Shown: positions 39,836 to 53,029 of the stretch, piece after piece | How positions within the stretch are numbered: the stretch's first letter is position 1 | Layout of the letters: every line of letters starts with the position of its first letter | Source of the DNA: Eledone cirrhosa | Taxonomy: Eukaryota | Length of the DNA stretch: 64,000 nt | Assembly (NCBI GenBank): GCA_964016885.1 | Contig: CAXHJY010000184.1 | Location: 692,770-756,769, forward strand | Direction of reading: 5' to 3' | The notes under the pieces: model-generated | The model's input: only the letters and a program-made list of their open reading frames with translations | Database searches by the model: none | Told to the model about the DNA's origin: nothing | Position numbers and translations under genes: made by a program

Positions 39836-39856
39836 GTCCTTCCTCTTTTAACCAAC

Positions 39857-42800
39857 ATGGCTGATATAAGAGTTGGGTGTCTGAATGTACGCGGCCTGGG
39901 ACTGTCTTGGAAACAAGGCAAACTTTTAAACGATCTCAGGTCGCATAGAATGGATGTAATGGCTATTTGCGAGTCCAGGATCAGCAGCGAGCGCCAACTG
40001 GCGCCCCTCTTCGACGACTTTGAGATCTTCGCATCTCTCTGTCAACCGGGGGGTGGGGGTGGAGTTGTCGTTCTGCTGCGAAAACACCTGGGCCTCGCCA
40101 TACAGAAGGTGCACCTGGACCCGGAGGGTCGACTGGTGGTTTTAGTGAAAGTGGAGCCCTTAGACTAATTGTTGTGTACGCCCCTTTTGGGGCAGCGCGG
40201 TCGGACTACTTCCAACGTCTGGAAACTTTTCTGGGAACGTCCCGCTCCTTGCTTTTAGTGGGGGACTGGAATGGTATCCTGGATGCACGTTGGGACTATG
40301 TAGGGGCATGTGCCAATAGAGGGGGGTGTAAAAGCCTCAAAAGGTTAATCGGCCGATTTGACCTGGCCGATAGATATCGACTAGATTTTCCGACTGTACC
40401 ACTATGGACGTGGACCAATCGCAGCGGAACATCTAGGTCGTACCTAGATAGGGTCCTAGTTAGAGATAAGGATAGGGACACATTTAGCTGTCCAAAAATG
40501 TTCATGGTTGACTATTCGGATCACAAGTTAGTGACCTGCATAGTCAACCTTGATAGAACCCATAGACAGGGACCCGGTTACTGGAAGCTGAACTTGTCCT
40601 TACCGACAAGCAAAGCTTACAGTAAACGGATTAGCACGTTAATTAAGCAGAGTTTGACAGGGGCAATTGTCAACAACAGGTGGTGGAGCTCTCTTAAGAG
40701 AGCAATTAGAATAGAATCGATAGGTTTTAGTCAGGAATTAGCAAGGGATAGGAACAAGATGGAAAGGGAATTAGTAGATAGAGTAGAAGAGGCGATTAGG
40801 AGTGGAAATGTAGCCGACGTGCTGGCATCAAGAATGGCCTTAGACCAGTTCTTTGAGGTGAAGCATGAAGGCTGCGTTGTCAGGAGTAAAATACGTGCTC
40901 TGGGTAATGAGGGAGCCAAAGCTGTTAGCTGGGCCCGAGTGACAGGCAAAAAGTGGGAACAAGTCCACGATTCGGTCTTTGAAGGATCGGAATGGGCGTG
41001 TGATCCTTGAACCTGGGCAGATGTGTGCAGCCTTTCAGCGGCACTTTGCACGACTGTTCGAGAGGGGTGGCGCGCCGGGTGAGACTATGGATTTCAATCC
41101 GTACCTCGACGGTCTGCCACGCCTCTCGGACGCGGAGGCGAAGTCCTGCGAAAGGCCGATTTCAGCTGCTGAGATAGGGGCGGCGCTGAGCCAATGCGGC
41201 AAACGCAAATACCCGGGTCTCGATGGTCTACCATACGAGCTATATGTAGCGATGCCGGACTTGTTCTCCGATATCCTCGAAGCGGTCTACTGCAACTGGC
41301 AGCAGAATGGGAGAATTCCCAGTTCTGTGACCAAGGGCGTAGTTACGCTGGTGAGGAAGGATGAGAACAAGGGGGATGGCATAAGTAACTTCAGGCCCAT
41401 AACTCTGCTAAATACAGAGTTAAAGATTTTGGCCAAGGTGTTAGCGAAGAGGTTGGCGCTTGTCATCAGAAACCTGGTGGGAGAAGCGCAGACATGCGCA
41501 ATCCCGTCCAGGTCCATTCACGACAATCTCCACCTTATGCGTTACATCATAGAGAGGGTAGGGAATGAACCCGGCTTTGGTGGGGCCCTGATCAACTTGG
41601 ATCAATCTAAAGCTTTCGATAGGGTTGACCATCGTTACCTGGATGCGGTGCTTGCGGCGGCAGGCTTCGGACCCGTTTTCAGGGGTTGGATTGCTGCGAT
41701 GCACAGCAGCAACGTCTGCTCAAGGGTCAAGGTGAACGGCCACCTCTCGGAGCCGTTCCAAATCATGCGATCCCCTCTCTCCTCCCTTCTGTATGTGCTG
41801 GCTCTTGAGCCACTACTGCGGAAGTTGGAGCGGTTGCAGGGCATCCCTTTGGAACCGGGATTGCAGAAAGCGGCGTCGGCCTACGCCGATGACATGACAG
41901 TAATGGTGTCGAGAACCTCGCAAATCGGTGAGATCGGCAGCTTACTGGAGGAATATGAAAGGTTTACAGGAGCCAAGCTGAACCGGGACAAGTCCGTCGG
42001 TTTGCAACTCGGAACATGGAGAGGCAAACCGATGCCCTCCAACGACGTCGGACGCTGGACGGAGGGCCCGGTGAAGCTGCTTGGGATCTGGTTCGGACCA
42101 GACCTCCAGATGGAGAAAAACTGGAACGAGGTAACGGCCAGGGTGTTTGCACTCACCCAGAAGTGGGCCCAGTGCAAACTATCCCTGAAAGGTCGAGCGG
42201 AGGTGGCGAATACTTATATAGCATCCGTCATCTACTACCGCTTGACCGTCGTGCTTTGCCCAGTGAAAAGACTCGCCAAAATGGAGTGCGCGCTGTTCCA
42301 ATTTCTTTGGAACAAGCGGACCCCTTTGGTGAGGAGATCCATCTGCTGTCAACACCCTTTGAAAGGAGGGTTGGGGATGCCGTGGCTACAGATGCGTAAA
42401 CACGCATTAAGGCTACGGCACCTCCAGGTATTCCTCACCAGTCAACCGGTGTGGTCCCCGTTTGTGAGGCGAGCCTTTCCCAGACTCGTCTCGCTCACCG
42501 AGCTGCAATCCTGAGTCAAGCAAAGACCGAGAAAAGCGGGCGACTGGCACATTGCGTGTGCCCAGGCGCTCACGGCCCTCTGGAAAGCGGACCCAGCAAT
42601 CAGTGGAGACTCCACCTCGACATTCTATAGAGGGTTGGTACGCAACAGGTGCGACGATGCTCTCAGAGAAGCTCTAGGCATGGAGGAAGATGAACTGTCC
42701 AGTCTGTTCGGTAGGACGTTTGGCCCTGGACCGATGGACAACTTCCAAAAGTCCCTGGCTTGGCAGTGCTACCGAGGGGCTCTACCCGTTCGAGACAAGC

Positions 42801-43261
42801 TCCACAGGCATGGGAGCCTGGGTAGGGATCCTTTGAGTAAGATCTGTCCGAGATGCGTGCATGACGCCGAAACCGTTGCGCACGCATTCGTACACTGCCC
42901 AGGCATTGCTGACCTGTGGGGCTATGTGGAACGACTACTGTCGAGGGTGGGACCAATCCGGTTGACCACTGAGTCCATTGTCACGATCAAACCGCCTCCC
43001 CCTTTCAAAAACGAAGGAGAGGCGGTTTTTCTCTGTGTTATAGCCATGGCTAAAGAAGTTGTATGGTGGACGAGGCTGAAAGGGCTGAGGTCAGACACCT
43101 TTCTCTCCGGCCAACAACTGGTCCCCTTTTTCAAATACCATTTTAAAAGAAGGATCAGAATGGAGAGAGAGGTGCTCTACCCCAGCAAGTTTTATGAATG
43201 GTGAGTGAAAGTAGGGAGAATGGCCAGAGTGAATGGGTCTTCTCTCTATATCAGCCTGTAG
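39857..43261 (+). pseudogene. Tx1-like ORF2 (AP endonuclease, reverse transcriptase, CCHC finger), disrupted
   Basis: APE: VGCLNVRGL, GDWN, SYLDRV, SDHK, GYWKLN. RT: PGLDGLP, FRPITLLN, LDQSKAFDRVDH, YADD. Finger: CPRC...ETVAHAFVHC. Frameshifts near 40150 and 40960, in-frame TGA at 42512 and 43202, and the QG motif is missing before PLS. Confidence 0.9.
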
Positions 43262-44268
43262 GTGAAAGAAGAGGAAAAAGAGGAGACGAGGGAAGCACCT
43301 ACTCTTTGTGCTCCTGAGGAGAAGGGTTCCACATTTTTTCCGGGGTGTGTGCGACCCATGTTAATGCCCCCTCCCTATTGAGGACTTCGTTTGTTGTTGT
43401 TATTTCATTGTTATATTTTTGTACTCGTTAATTATATGTAAACTTCCCCCCTTGTATCTGTCCCTACCTTTTGTGCCCTAGTGGCAAATAAAGAAACCAC
43501 TCTATATATACTATTGGATTTTCACAGTAAAGGCTTTACCTCACATAATATCTCACATAATATCGAATCTGAGATTTTGATATTTATTTTGAGAACAATA
43601 CCTTAAAGTCGTAGGAAGGGAAAGTTATAGTCAGTTTGAACAGAAAAAGATGAGAAAATTCTGGCCGGATATGGCCGGTTTAAATGCTAAAGGGTTAAGG
43701 AACATTAATAAAGATTCGATCCTACAACACACAATGAACACAAACACACACAAGTAGTTGGGGAAATTAATGTAAAATTTGATTGTATAAAAATACATCA
43801 TTTTTAATACAAAGAAAGTATTTCTCTATTAATAAAATTCTTATCCAAGTCTCAGAGATGATTGGTAGATCATTAGGATTGTTATACGATGATAGCTTTT
43901 ACTGGACTGTGATCAAGTGCCCCACAAACTTGACTGATTCTTGGCATGATGTCAGCAACTGATTACAATTACAATCACGGGCTACCATGGCAACTAGTAT
44001 ACATAATAGATTACATTACTTATTGTTTAGCCACATGTCTGTTTTAGGTGAGTTTACTTATGATGAAAGGTCTTCCAATCATCATGTCCTCTTTTCAGGC
44101 GTTGCATACCTGTCTATCTGTCGATCTCTCTGCCCGTCCGTCTGTCAATCTGTGTCTGTATATTTTTATTGTTTAAGATGCTAAGATGCACTTTGAAGGA
44201 AATTTGGCTGCTATTTTTAGAAGCCATGTAGCAGCTTCCTCGATTCTTTAGTGAAAGGTATAGCTTAA

Positions 44269-44594
44269 CTCTTTAGTATTTAAACTGGCGCATCTGGCCA
44301 GATTTCTCTCACTTCTATCTCTTCAAACCAGCCACTCATACTGATGTTAAGGTATTGTTCTCAAAATAAATATCAAAATCTCAGATTCGATATTATGTAA
44401 CAAAGCCTTTACCGTGAAAATACAATAGTAAATATAGAGTAATGTAAATGTTGTGAGATATGTGAGGTAAAGCCTTTACTGTGATAATACAATAGTATAT
44501 ATAGAGTAATGTAAATATTTAAGATATTATGTGAGGTAAAGCCTTTACTGTGATAATACAATAGTATATATAGAGTAATGTAAATGGTAAAGGG
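44269..44594. mobile_element. Short sister copy of the piggyBac-like MITE (inverted, ~3 repeat units)
   Basis: TTAA at 44265-44268 and 44595-44598. Ends CTCTTTAGTATTTA and TAAATGGTAAAGGG. Contains the reverse complements of the 70-bp unit and of 43560-43605. Confidence 0.85.
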
Positions 44595-44924
44595 TTAAAG
44601 ATTGTGAAACCTTTACAATATTTGTCATTTGAAAAAGACAATGGTAGCAACAGGTCCACAAAACAGACATACAATTATCAACCTAGTATTCTACCTGTTG
44701 CCTTTTCTATCTCAAATTCTTTTTTATAATGTCTAAGGTAGTCAGGGGAAACTGGCTTGTTTGGCTTTCTGAGTGGCACACCTAATTAAAAATTACATTA
44801 AATATTTTTAGTAGTGTTGCCTGCCTTGTGATGAGGCATATGTCATGCGACCCTCAATCTGCTACTGGTACCATGTAACCCAGTACAACTTGTTTCAGGG
44901 TCGAGTGATCGGCAACTAAACTAT

Positions 44925-44948
44925 ATATATACATCTACTGTTATATGG

Positions 44949-45004
<56 letters not shown>

Positions 45005-45146
45005 CTCTACTGTTATATGGTAGTAATATATATATATATATACCTCTCTACTGTTATATGGTAGTAATATATATATATATATACCTCTCTACTGTTTTAT
45101 GGTAGTAATATATATATATATATACCTCTCTACTGTTTTATGGTAG

Positions 45147-45180
<34 letters not shown>

Positions 45181-45770
45181 CTCTACTGTTATATGGTAGT
45201 AATATATATATACCTCTCTACTGTTATATGGTAGTAATATATATATATATACCTCTCTACTGTTTTATGGTAGTAATATATATATACCTCTCTACTGTTA
45301 TATGGTAGTAATATATATATACCTCTCTACTGTTATATGGTAGTAATATATATATACCTCTCTACTGTTATATGGTAGTAATATATATATATATATATAT
45401 ATATACCTCTCTACTGTTTTATGGTAGTAATATATATATATATACCTCTCTACTGTTATATGGTAGTAATATATATATACCTCTCTACTGTTATATGGTA
45501 GTAATATATATATATATATACCTCTACTGTTTTATGGTAGTAATATATATATATACCTCTCTACTGTTATATGTAATATATATATATATATACCTCTCTT
45601 CTGTTATATGGTAGTAATATATATATACCTCTCTACTGTTATATGGTAGTAATATATATATATATACCTCTCTACTGTTATATGGTAGTAATATATATAT
45701 ACCTCTCTACTGTTATATGTAATATATATATATACCTCTCTACTGTTATATGTAATATAAATATACCTCA
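44925..45770. repeat. Minisatellite with a variable (TA)n spacer
   Basis: Unit CCTCTCTACTGTTATATGGTAGTA(AT)n, about 20 copies. Confidence 0.9.
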
Positions 45771-46101
45771 CTACTTCTTTCACGGGACCCTAGACACTCG
45801 TTTGCACGGAACCCACTTTGGGAACCACTGGCTTAGGGGTTAAGGTATTAATCTGATGGTTGTTAAGGTCATGGCTTGTGCACTGTATCCTTGAGCAAAG
45901 TATTTCAGTTTACGTTGCTCTAGTTCGTTCTCTTGATAAAATAAAAAATACCACCAACAAAAGCTGGGGTCGGGGGGGGGGGGGGTCAGGTTAAAGTTTC
46001 TTAACACCACATGTCATACATTAGCTCTGGTTTGTTGAGCCCTAGGTTCAAGACAGACTAACTTTAATTTTTAACTAAATTTCAGATTAATAATCTTTCG
46101 A

Positions 46102-46810
46102 GAGATCACAGCTCTGATACTACAGACATGTGGTTAGAATGTCTCAGGAAAGAATCTCTGGATTAAGAGATCACAGCTCTGATACTACAGACATGTGGTT
46201 AGAATGTCTCAGGAAAGAATCTCTGGATTAAGAGATCACAGCTCTGATACTACAGACATGTGGTTAGAATGTCCCAGGAAAGAATCTCTGGATTAAGAGA
46301 TCACAGCTCTGATACTACAGACATGTGGTTAGAATGTCTCAGGAAAGAATCTCTGAATTGAGAGATCACAGCTCCGATACTACAGACGTGTGGTTAGAAT
46401 GTCTCAGGAAAGAATCTCTGGATTGAGAGATCACAGCTCTGATACTACAGACATGTGGTTAGAATGTCTCAGGAAAGAATCTCTGGATTAAGAGATCACA
46501 GCTCTGATACTACAGACATGTGGTTAGAATGTCTCAGGAAAGAATCTCTGGATTAAGAGATCACAGCTCTGATACTACAGACATGTGGTTAGAATGTCTC
46601 AGGAAAGAATCTCTGAATTGAGAGATCACAGCTCTGATACTACAGACATGTGGTTAGAATGTCTCAGGAAAGAATCTCTGGATTAAGAGATCACAGCTCT
46701 GATACTACAGACATGTGGTTAGAATGTCTCAGGAAAGAATCTCTGAATTGAGAGATCACAGCTCTGATACTACAGACATGTGGTTAGAATGTCTCAGGAA
46801 AGAATTGCTG
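46102..46810 (+). repeat. 65-bp tandem array (~11 copies) derived from RTE family B coding sequence
   Basis: Unit GAGATCACAGCTCTGATACTACAGACATGTGGTTAGAATGTCTCAGGAAAGAATCTCTGGATTAA matches 13373-13432. The last copy continues into the RTE 3' end up to ~47000. Confidence 0.9.
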
Positions 46811-47761
46811 GACAGATTTTACTGGCAAGACCAACCAGCAGGAGACCCAGATGTAGACCCCAAGCAAGATAGTTGGATAACATCCATGAGCTAGTCTGGT
46901 CTCGCTTGGGGATCCTGCTGGATCAGTTGAAGACTTGCTGGAAGGAGTGTTTGAGGACTCTGCCCCCATGACCCTCGCAAGAATCAGTGGAAGAATAAAA
47001 AGAGTATTTTATGATTTTGTGTTGATATGTGTTGTTATTTAGCCGAAGGTCAGACCTAATCAAGCAGACCTCTGATCAAAGACATCCAACAACAGCTTGA
47101 GCAAGGATTTTTTTTAAAATTCATTCATCAGAAGCGATGACACAGGACCGTGACCTCTGGCGTCACGCAGTTATACAGAAGACCCGACTTCCCACAGGAA
47201 CAAGCCGAAGCTGAAGCATATAGACAATATATTAAACCCTGACATTTGAACATTATTCTATATACTATACATGCACCTTTGATGAGGTGTAGTGCACCTA
47301 AGCACTACACAATTTCATTATTATTTTACTATTTTATAAATTTATACAGAAACCATTAATAATAATAATAATTAGTATTATTATTTGTTGGACAATGTTT
47401 TGTGGCATATAATTACAGCCCTTCACATTCTGAGTTCAAATGCCACAAGGTTAGCTTTGCTTTCATCCTTACGGGGCCGATAAAATGAAATATCAGTAAT
47501 GCTCTGGGGGTCCATTTAATCGACTTTCCCCTCCTCCAAAATTGTTGGCCTTGTGCCTATATCAGAAACCATTGTTATTATTGATCATTTTGTTTACTAT
47601 GTTATCTAATTGGTTGAATATACAAGCCTGGCCTGACTATTTCCACATTTACAGCACTTCAGTTATGGTAGGTGTTATATATATATATATATATTTGCAG
47701 CACTTCAGTTATGGTAGGTGTGTTATATATATATATATATATCTCACTTCAGATATGGTAG

Positions 47762-47793
<32 letters not shown>

Positions 47794-47799
47794 CTCATT

Positions 47800-48955
47800 T
47801 GGAACACCCACAAAATTATTAACTATCTTGCTAACAACAAACCTGAGCACCTTTTTGATGTGTCTAACACACATGGGCATGCCTACAAAGTCAGAAAACA
47901 GTACAGTTCCCATGACTTTCGGAAACATTTTTCACACTCAGAGTTGCTGAAGCATGGAACAAACTACCTGCATCAGTTGTTAGCTGTCCAGACACTGCAT
48001 CCTTTAAAACGTCCATGGAACAAACTACCTGCATCAGTTGTTAGCTGTCTAGACACTGCATCCTTTAAAACCCCCATGGTATGAACTACCTGCATCAGTT
48101 ATTAGCTGTCAAGACATTGCATCCTTTAAAACCCCCATGGAACAAACTACCTGCATCAGTTATTAGCTGTCTAGACACTGCATCCTTTAAAACCTCCATG
48201 GAACAAACTACCTGCATCAGTTATTAGCTGTCAAGACATTGCATCCTTTAAAACTTCCATGGAACAAACTATCTGCATCAGTTATTAGCTGTCAAGACAC
48301 TGCATCCTTTAAAACCTCCATGGAACAAACAACCTGCATCAGTTGTTAGCTGTCAAGACACTGCATCCTTTAAAACCTCCATGGAACAAACTCCCTGCAT
48401 CAGTTGTTAGCTGTCGAGACACTGCATCCTTTAAAACGTCCATGGAACAAACTACCTGTATCAGTTGTTAGCTGTCTAGACACTGCATCCTTTAAAACCC
48501 CCATGGTACAAACTACCTGCATCAGTTATTAGCTGTCGAGACACTGCATCCTTTAAAACTTCCATGGACCAAACTATCTGCATCAGTTGTTAGCTGTCCA
48601 GACACTGCATCTTTTAAAACCTCCATGGAACAAACTACCTTCATCAGTTGTTAGCTGTCGAGACACTGCATCCTTTAAAACTTCCATGGAACAAACTATC
48701 TGCATCAGTTGTTAGCTGTCCAGACACTGCATCCTTTAAAACTTCCATGGAACAAACTACCTGCATCAGTTATTAGCTGTCCAGACACTGCATCTTTTAA
48801 AACCTCCATGGAACAAACTCCCTGCATCAGTTGTTAGCTGTCGAGACACTGCATCCTTTAAAACTTCCATGGAACAAACTACCTGCATCAGTTGTTAGCT
48901 GGCGTGACACTGCATCCTTTAAAACTTCCATGCTTCCTGAGATTTGCTAACACTG
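47800..48955 (+). mobile_element. CR1-clade LINE 3' fragment containing a 61-bp array (~16 copies, 47953-48932)
   Basis: HGHAYKVRKQYSSHDFRKHF...WNKLPASVVSCLDTASFK matches the CR1 ORF2 C-terminus, and the WNKLPASVVSC.DTASFK segment is the repeat unit. 3' UTR pieces of this family at ~21220-21445(-) and 51440-51655(+). Confidence 0.8.
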
Positions 48956-49229
48956 TGTGTGTGCGTGTGCGTGTGCGTGTGCGTGTGCGTGTGCGTGTGC
49001 GTGTGCGTGTGCGTGTGTGTCTCCGTATGTGGTTGATGGCCGAGAGCAAAGAATGCTCAATACCAAAGTAGAGTTTTAATCATTATATTAAGGCTAAATA
49101 ATGAATTTGTTCCACCTGTTTATCACAGAGATATCAGACCAGAATAGCCTGAAGACTGGGATAAACAGGTGAAACTCCACAGTGACAACACTCACCTTTT
49201 AGCCTTAATAAAATGAATACATTTTATAC

Positions 49230-49557
49230 CAGTGTTTCTCAACCTTTTTGACCCAACGGGCCCACTTATTTTACAAGCGTAAACTAGTGCTCAAAAATTA
49301 TTCTGGACTATAGCCCCCACATGATATATATACTAGTGCTTCTCAATCTTTTTGTTCTCCCGGCCCACTTTACTCCCTAGAAATTGCCAGGGTCAGTGCT
49401 CAAAGAGCATTCTGGAAAACTTACCCCCATATAATCCCGACTGCATTTAAATTTTGTGTGATCTTAAGTTCCAAGAAAGTCTGAAAAAATTTCCAGGCCC
49501 AGTGAAATTTCTCCGGGCCCACTGAGTGGACCCTTGGCCCACCGTTGAGAACCACTG
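49230..49557. mobile_element. hAT (Charlie-like) MITE with a perfect 8-bp TSD
   Basis: TIRs CAGTGTTTCTCAAC and GTTGAGAACCACTG. TTTTATAC duplicated at 49222-49229 and 49558-49565. Confidence 0.92.
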
Positions 49558-49577
49558 TTTTATACATATATATATAT

Positions 49578-49891
49578 GGAGGCACATGGCTTAGTGGTTA
49601 GAGCATTGGCCTTGCAATCGAAAGGTTGTGAGTTCAATTCTCAGACCGAGTGATGTGTTGTTTCCTTGAGCAAGACACTTTATTTCACATTGCTCCAGTT
49701 TACTCAGCTGTAGAAATGAGATGATAGGGACTGGGGTCCCTATCATTCCACTGCAAAAAAGCACCCAGCACTCACTGTAAATGAGGTTGGTGTTAGGAAG
49801 GGCATCCAGCTGTAGCAATCAAGCCAGAATCAGTTCCCGTCCCACCCTTGCAAGCAGGGAAAAAGCGGACGTAAAATGAAATGATGATGAT
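49578..49891 (+). mobile_element. CORE-type SINE with RTE tail, between (TA)n tracts
   Basis: A-box TGGCTTAGTGG, B-box-like GAGTTCAATTC, CORE segment, RTE-type tail and (GAT)n end. (TA)n on both sides. Confidence 0.88.
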
Positions 49892-52329
49892 ATATATATA
49901 CATACATTTATATATAGGAAGAAAATATTTGTTTTCCCTATATATATCAACTCTGCATTACTTTATGCATTGATTACAACTCTGATTAATGGTCTTTCTG
50001 AGCTTACCACCGCAGAAACTCACACACACACACACACACACGCGCACACACACACACAGCTACCAAGTTACTTTATCCATCTATCTCTCTATTTATCCAC
50101 CTATCTATCTACATATCTATTTATTTATCTGTATCTGCTTTCCTGCCTATCTAACTATATTATATATATATATACGTATATACACATATATACAATATAT
50201 ATATATATATACACACACACATATATACACATACATATATACATAGACACAGTCAACACTATCTAAAGTGTAACACACCTGTGTTCCATATAGGTATTTA
50301 TTTTTATATTAAAAGAAAGAAAGAAAGCAAGCTGCCAGGTACAAATCAGGAAAACAAGTAGATGTTGAAAAAAAAAAATTCTTCGGTCGCCCCACCCTGA
50401 CCACCCCCACTACCCACTCACGCCTAAACTACTTCTGTGAGCTGTCTAGCTGTAATAAGGAGGAAATAGTATACCATTTCATAAAACAATTCCAGCCAAT
50501 GAGGCAAAGATATATTACAAAAATTAAATCTTTTCCAAGATATATTTCCTGCCATCACAACCTTCCAAACTGTTAGAATTAATAATTTCTACTTTATGCA
50601 CAAGGCCAACAATTTGGGGAGGGAGAGAGCCGATTAACCCAGTGTGTTACTGGTACTTTATTGTAACAACCTCAGGAGGTTGAAAGCTAAAGTTGACCTC
50701 AGCAGGATTTAAACTCAGAATATAAAAAGCTGGAAAAATACTGCTACGCATTTTCCCCGAGACACTAACGACACTGCCAACTCCCACCTCATAACGGTTA
50801 TAATTAATATTAAAATGAAGATAATGAGTAGCAGTAATTGGTAGAGCAACAAACAAATTTTAAAAAATAGATTTATCAAATTCCTTGTGATATTTTATAG
50901 TGATCCTCCATCTTTATATCTTATCAGGGCAGATTCTTGTTTCATTCTTCTAGTGCCGATAATATCATCATCGTTTAACATCTTCCCCGCTAGCATGGGT
51001 TAGACAGGAGTTGTCCCACTTGAGGCAAGATTGGTCAGGCAAACCGTGTCTCGCTCGTATAGGACTATCTGGCCGGTTTTCTATGGCTGGATGCCCTTCC
51101 TAACACCAACCACATTAACAGCGTGGACTGAGAACTTTTTACCATGTTACCTACATGGCCACATTACAGTGTGGACTGTGTGTCGTGACACCTACACGAC
51201 CTCATTATCAGTAAAGTACCATGGTTGATCAAATCTATCTACTTCCCTTTACCAAATTTGTGGCATACTGCCTATGTTAGGAATCTTTGTTCCACCTCCA
51301 GACATTCTCAGTTCAAATCTTGGTGTCAATTGTCTTATCCTCCACAAGTTGACGAAATAAAGTCAAGCAGTGGGGGTTAATTTAACACACACCTCCACCG
51401 CCAACAAATTTGTTAGAAATGTTAGAAATTACTTGTTAGCTGCCAAGATACTACATCCTTCAAAACATCCACGCTTCCTGAAATTCACCAACACTACACC
51501 TGATATTCCCCCTCCATACACACGTGTCTATCTATGTATATCATGACTCATACACTGTTCACTTTCCTGAATTTGTACATTCTTCTATGTACCATGCATG
51601 CACCTTTGATGAATTGTAGTGCAACTGAGTACTGTACACAATTTTCATTATTACTATTTTATAAGAGTGGTGAATTGTCAGTAATCTGTAGAGCATTAAA
51701 CACCATGCTTTGTGGCATAGAGTTATGTCCCTTTACGTTCTCAGTTCAAACGTTAGCTTTGCCTTTAATCCTTACAAGTTTGATAAAATAAAGTACCAGT
51801 AATACATTGGGTTCATTTAATCGACTTTCCCTTCCACCATAATTGTTGGCCTTGTGCCTAAATCAGACACCATTATTACAATGCATGAGAGTGGTGAATT
51901 GGCAGAATTGTTAGTGTCGGACAATAGGTTCTGTGAGATTTGTCCGTGGTCCCTACATTGTCAATTGAAAGCCTGCTGAGGTGAAGTTTGCCTTTCATTC
52001 TTCTGGAGTCAAGAAAATAAAATACCAGTCAAGTACTGAGGTCGATTTAATCGACTTTCCTTTACCTTCGAAATTGCTGGCCTTCTGCCTAAATTAGAAA
52101 CCATCATTATTAGAATGTGGTGGATTAGCAGTATCGGTAGAGGGTCGGACGCCATACTTTGATGCATAGAGTTACGGCCCTTGCCATTCTGAGTTCAAAT
52201 CCTGCCTAGGTTAACTTTGCCTTTCATCCTTACGGGGGTCGATAAAATAAAGTACCAGTAATACACTGGGTAATTATTGGCCTTGTGCCAAAAATAGAAA
52301 CAATTATTAGAATGGATGGTAGGATGTGA

Positions 52330-53010
52330 GTCAGGCGTGTAATTAAGGAAAAATTTCCATAAGGTGCACACAGGTAATCTTTGGACGCACAAGTGATGTG
52401 AGATTGCAGACAGATTAATGGTATAGATGGACTTTGTATGTAACAGGAGAAGTAAGTACTAACAACACACAAGAAGTAGATTCCTTTAGTTGGCAGGGAA
52501 GTTCCTTAGAAGTGGTCGACAGCTTTTGTTACTTAGGAGATCAAATTAACAGTGGGAGAGGATGTTCTGAAAGTGTGATAGCCAGGATCAGAATGGACTG
52601 GAAGAAGTTTAGGGGGCTGATATGTCTACTGACAACAAAGGCTTCTATCAGAGTGAAGGGTAGACTATGATGCCTGCATGTGAACTGCAATAGACCTGAG
52701 AAGGCTAGAAAGAAATGACGAGAGTATGCTCTGATGGATGTGCCATGTTAGAATGAATGATGTAGTATTAGTGAACTGAGAGAAAAAGTTGACATAAGAG
52801 GAATTGGATGAATTGTGCTAGAGAGAAAACTGCGTTGGTATGGACATGCAACACTTAGAGAAGATAGCAGCTACATATAGAAATGGCAGTGGCTGGGACC
52901 TGAGGTAGACCCAAGAAGATTTGTAATGAGGTAGTGAAGACCAAGAAACTAAGCCTCACACCTGAGATGGAGTGAGGGCTGGTGCTAGGTTGTCATGGTG
53001 ACACACACTC
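52330..53010 (+). mobile_element. Old, decayed RTE 3' fragment
   Basis: LEVVDSFCYLGDQINSGRGCSESVIARIRMDWKKFRGL...RVKGRL and LRWYGH, with many stops. A similarly decayed minus-strand piece lies at ~35095-35520. Confidence 0.75.
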
Positions 53011-53029
53011 AAAAAGATAAAATATATAT

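Larger units (their letters stand above)
37904..43498 (+). mobile_element. Near full-length L1-clade (Tx1-like) non-LTR retrotransposon, inactivated
   Basis: 5' UTR, ORF1 with a CCHC knuckle, ORF2 with APE, RT and a C-terminal zinc finger, and a 3' UTR with AATAAA at 43487-43492. Both ends abut the 70-bp array. Confidence 0.92.
36116..43694. mobile_element. piggyBac-like MITE, expanded by an internal 70-bp array and interrupted by a Tx1-like LINE
   Basis: TTAA at 36112-36115 and 43695-43698. TIRs CCCTTTACCATTTA and TAAATGCTAAAGGG (13/14 match). The right arm matches the short sister copy at 44269-44594. Confidence 0.85.

Noticed and set aside
40979-42514. Tx1-like element as currently active
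   Set aside because: Frameshifts in both ORFs, premature stops and loss of the RT QG motif.
49578-49650. tRNA gene
   Set aside because: The tRNA-like head runs into the SINE CORE and tail; I could not find acceptor-stem pairing or a poly-T terminator.
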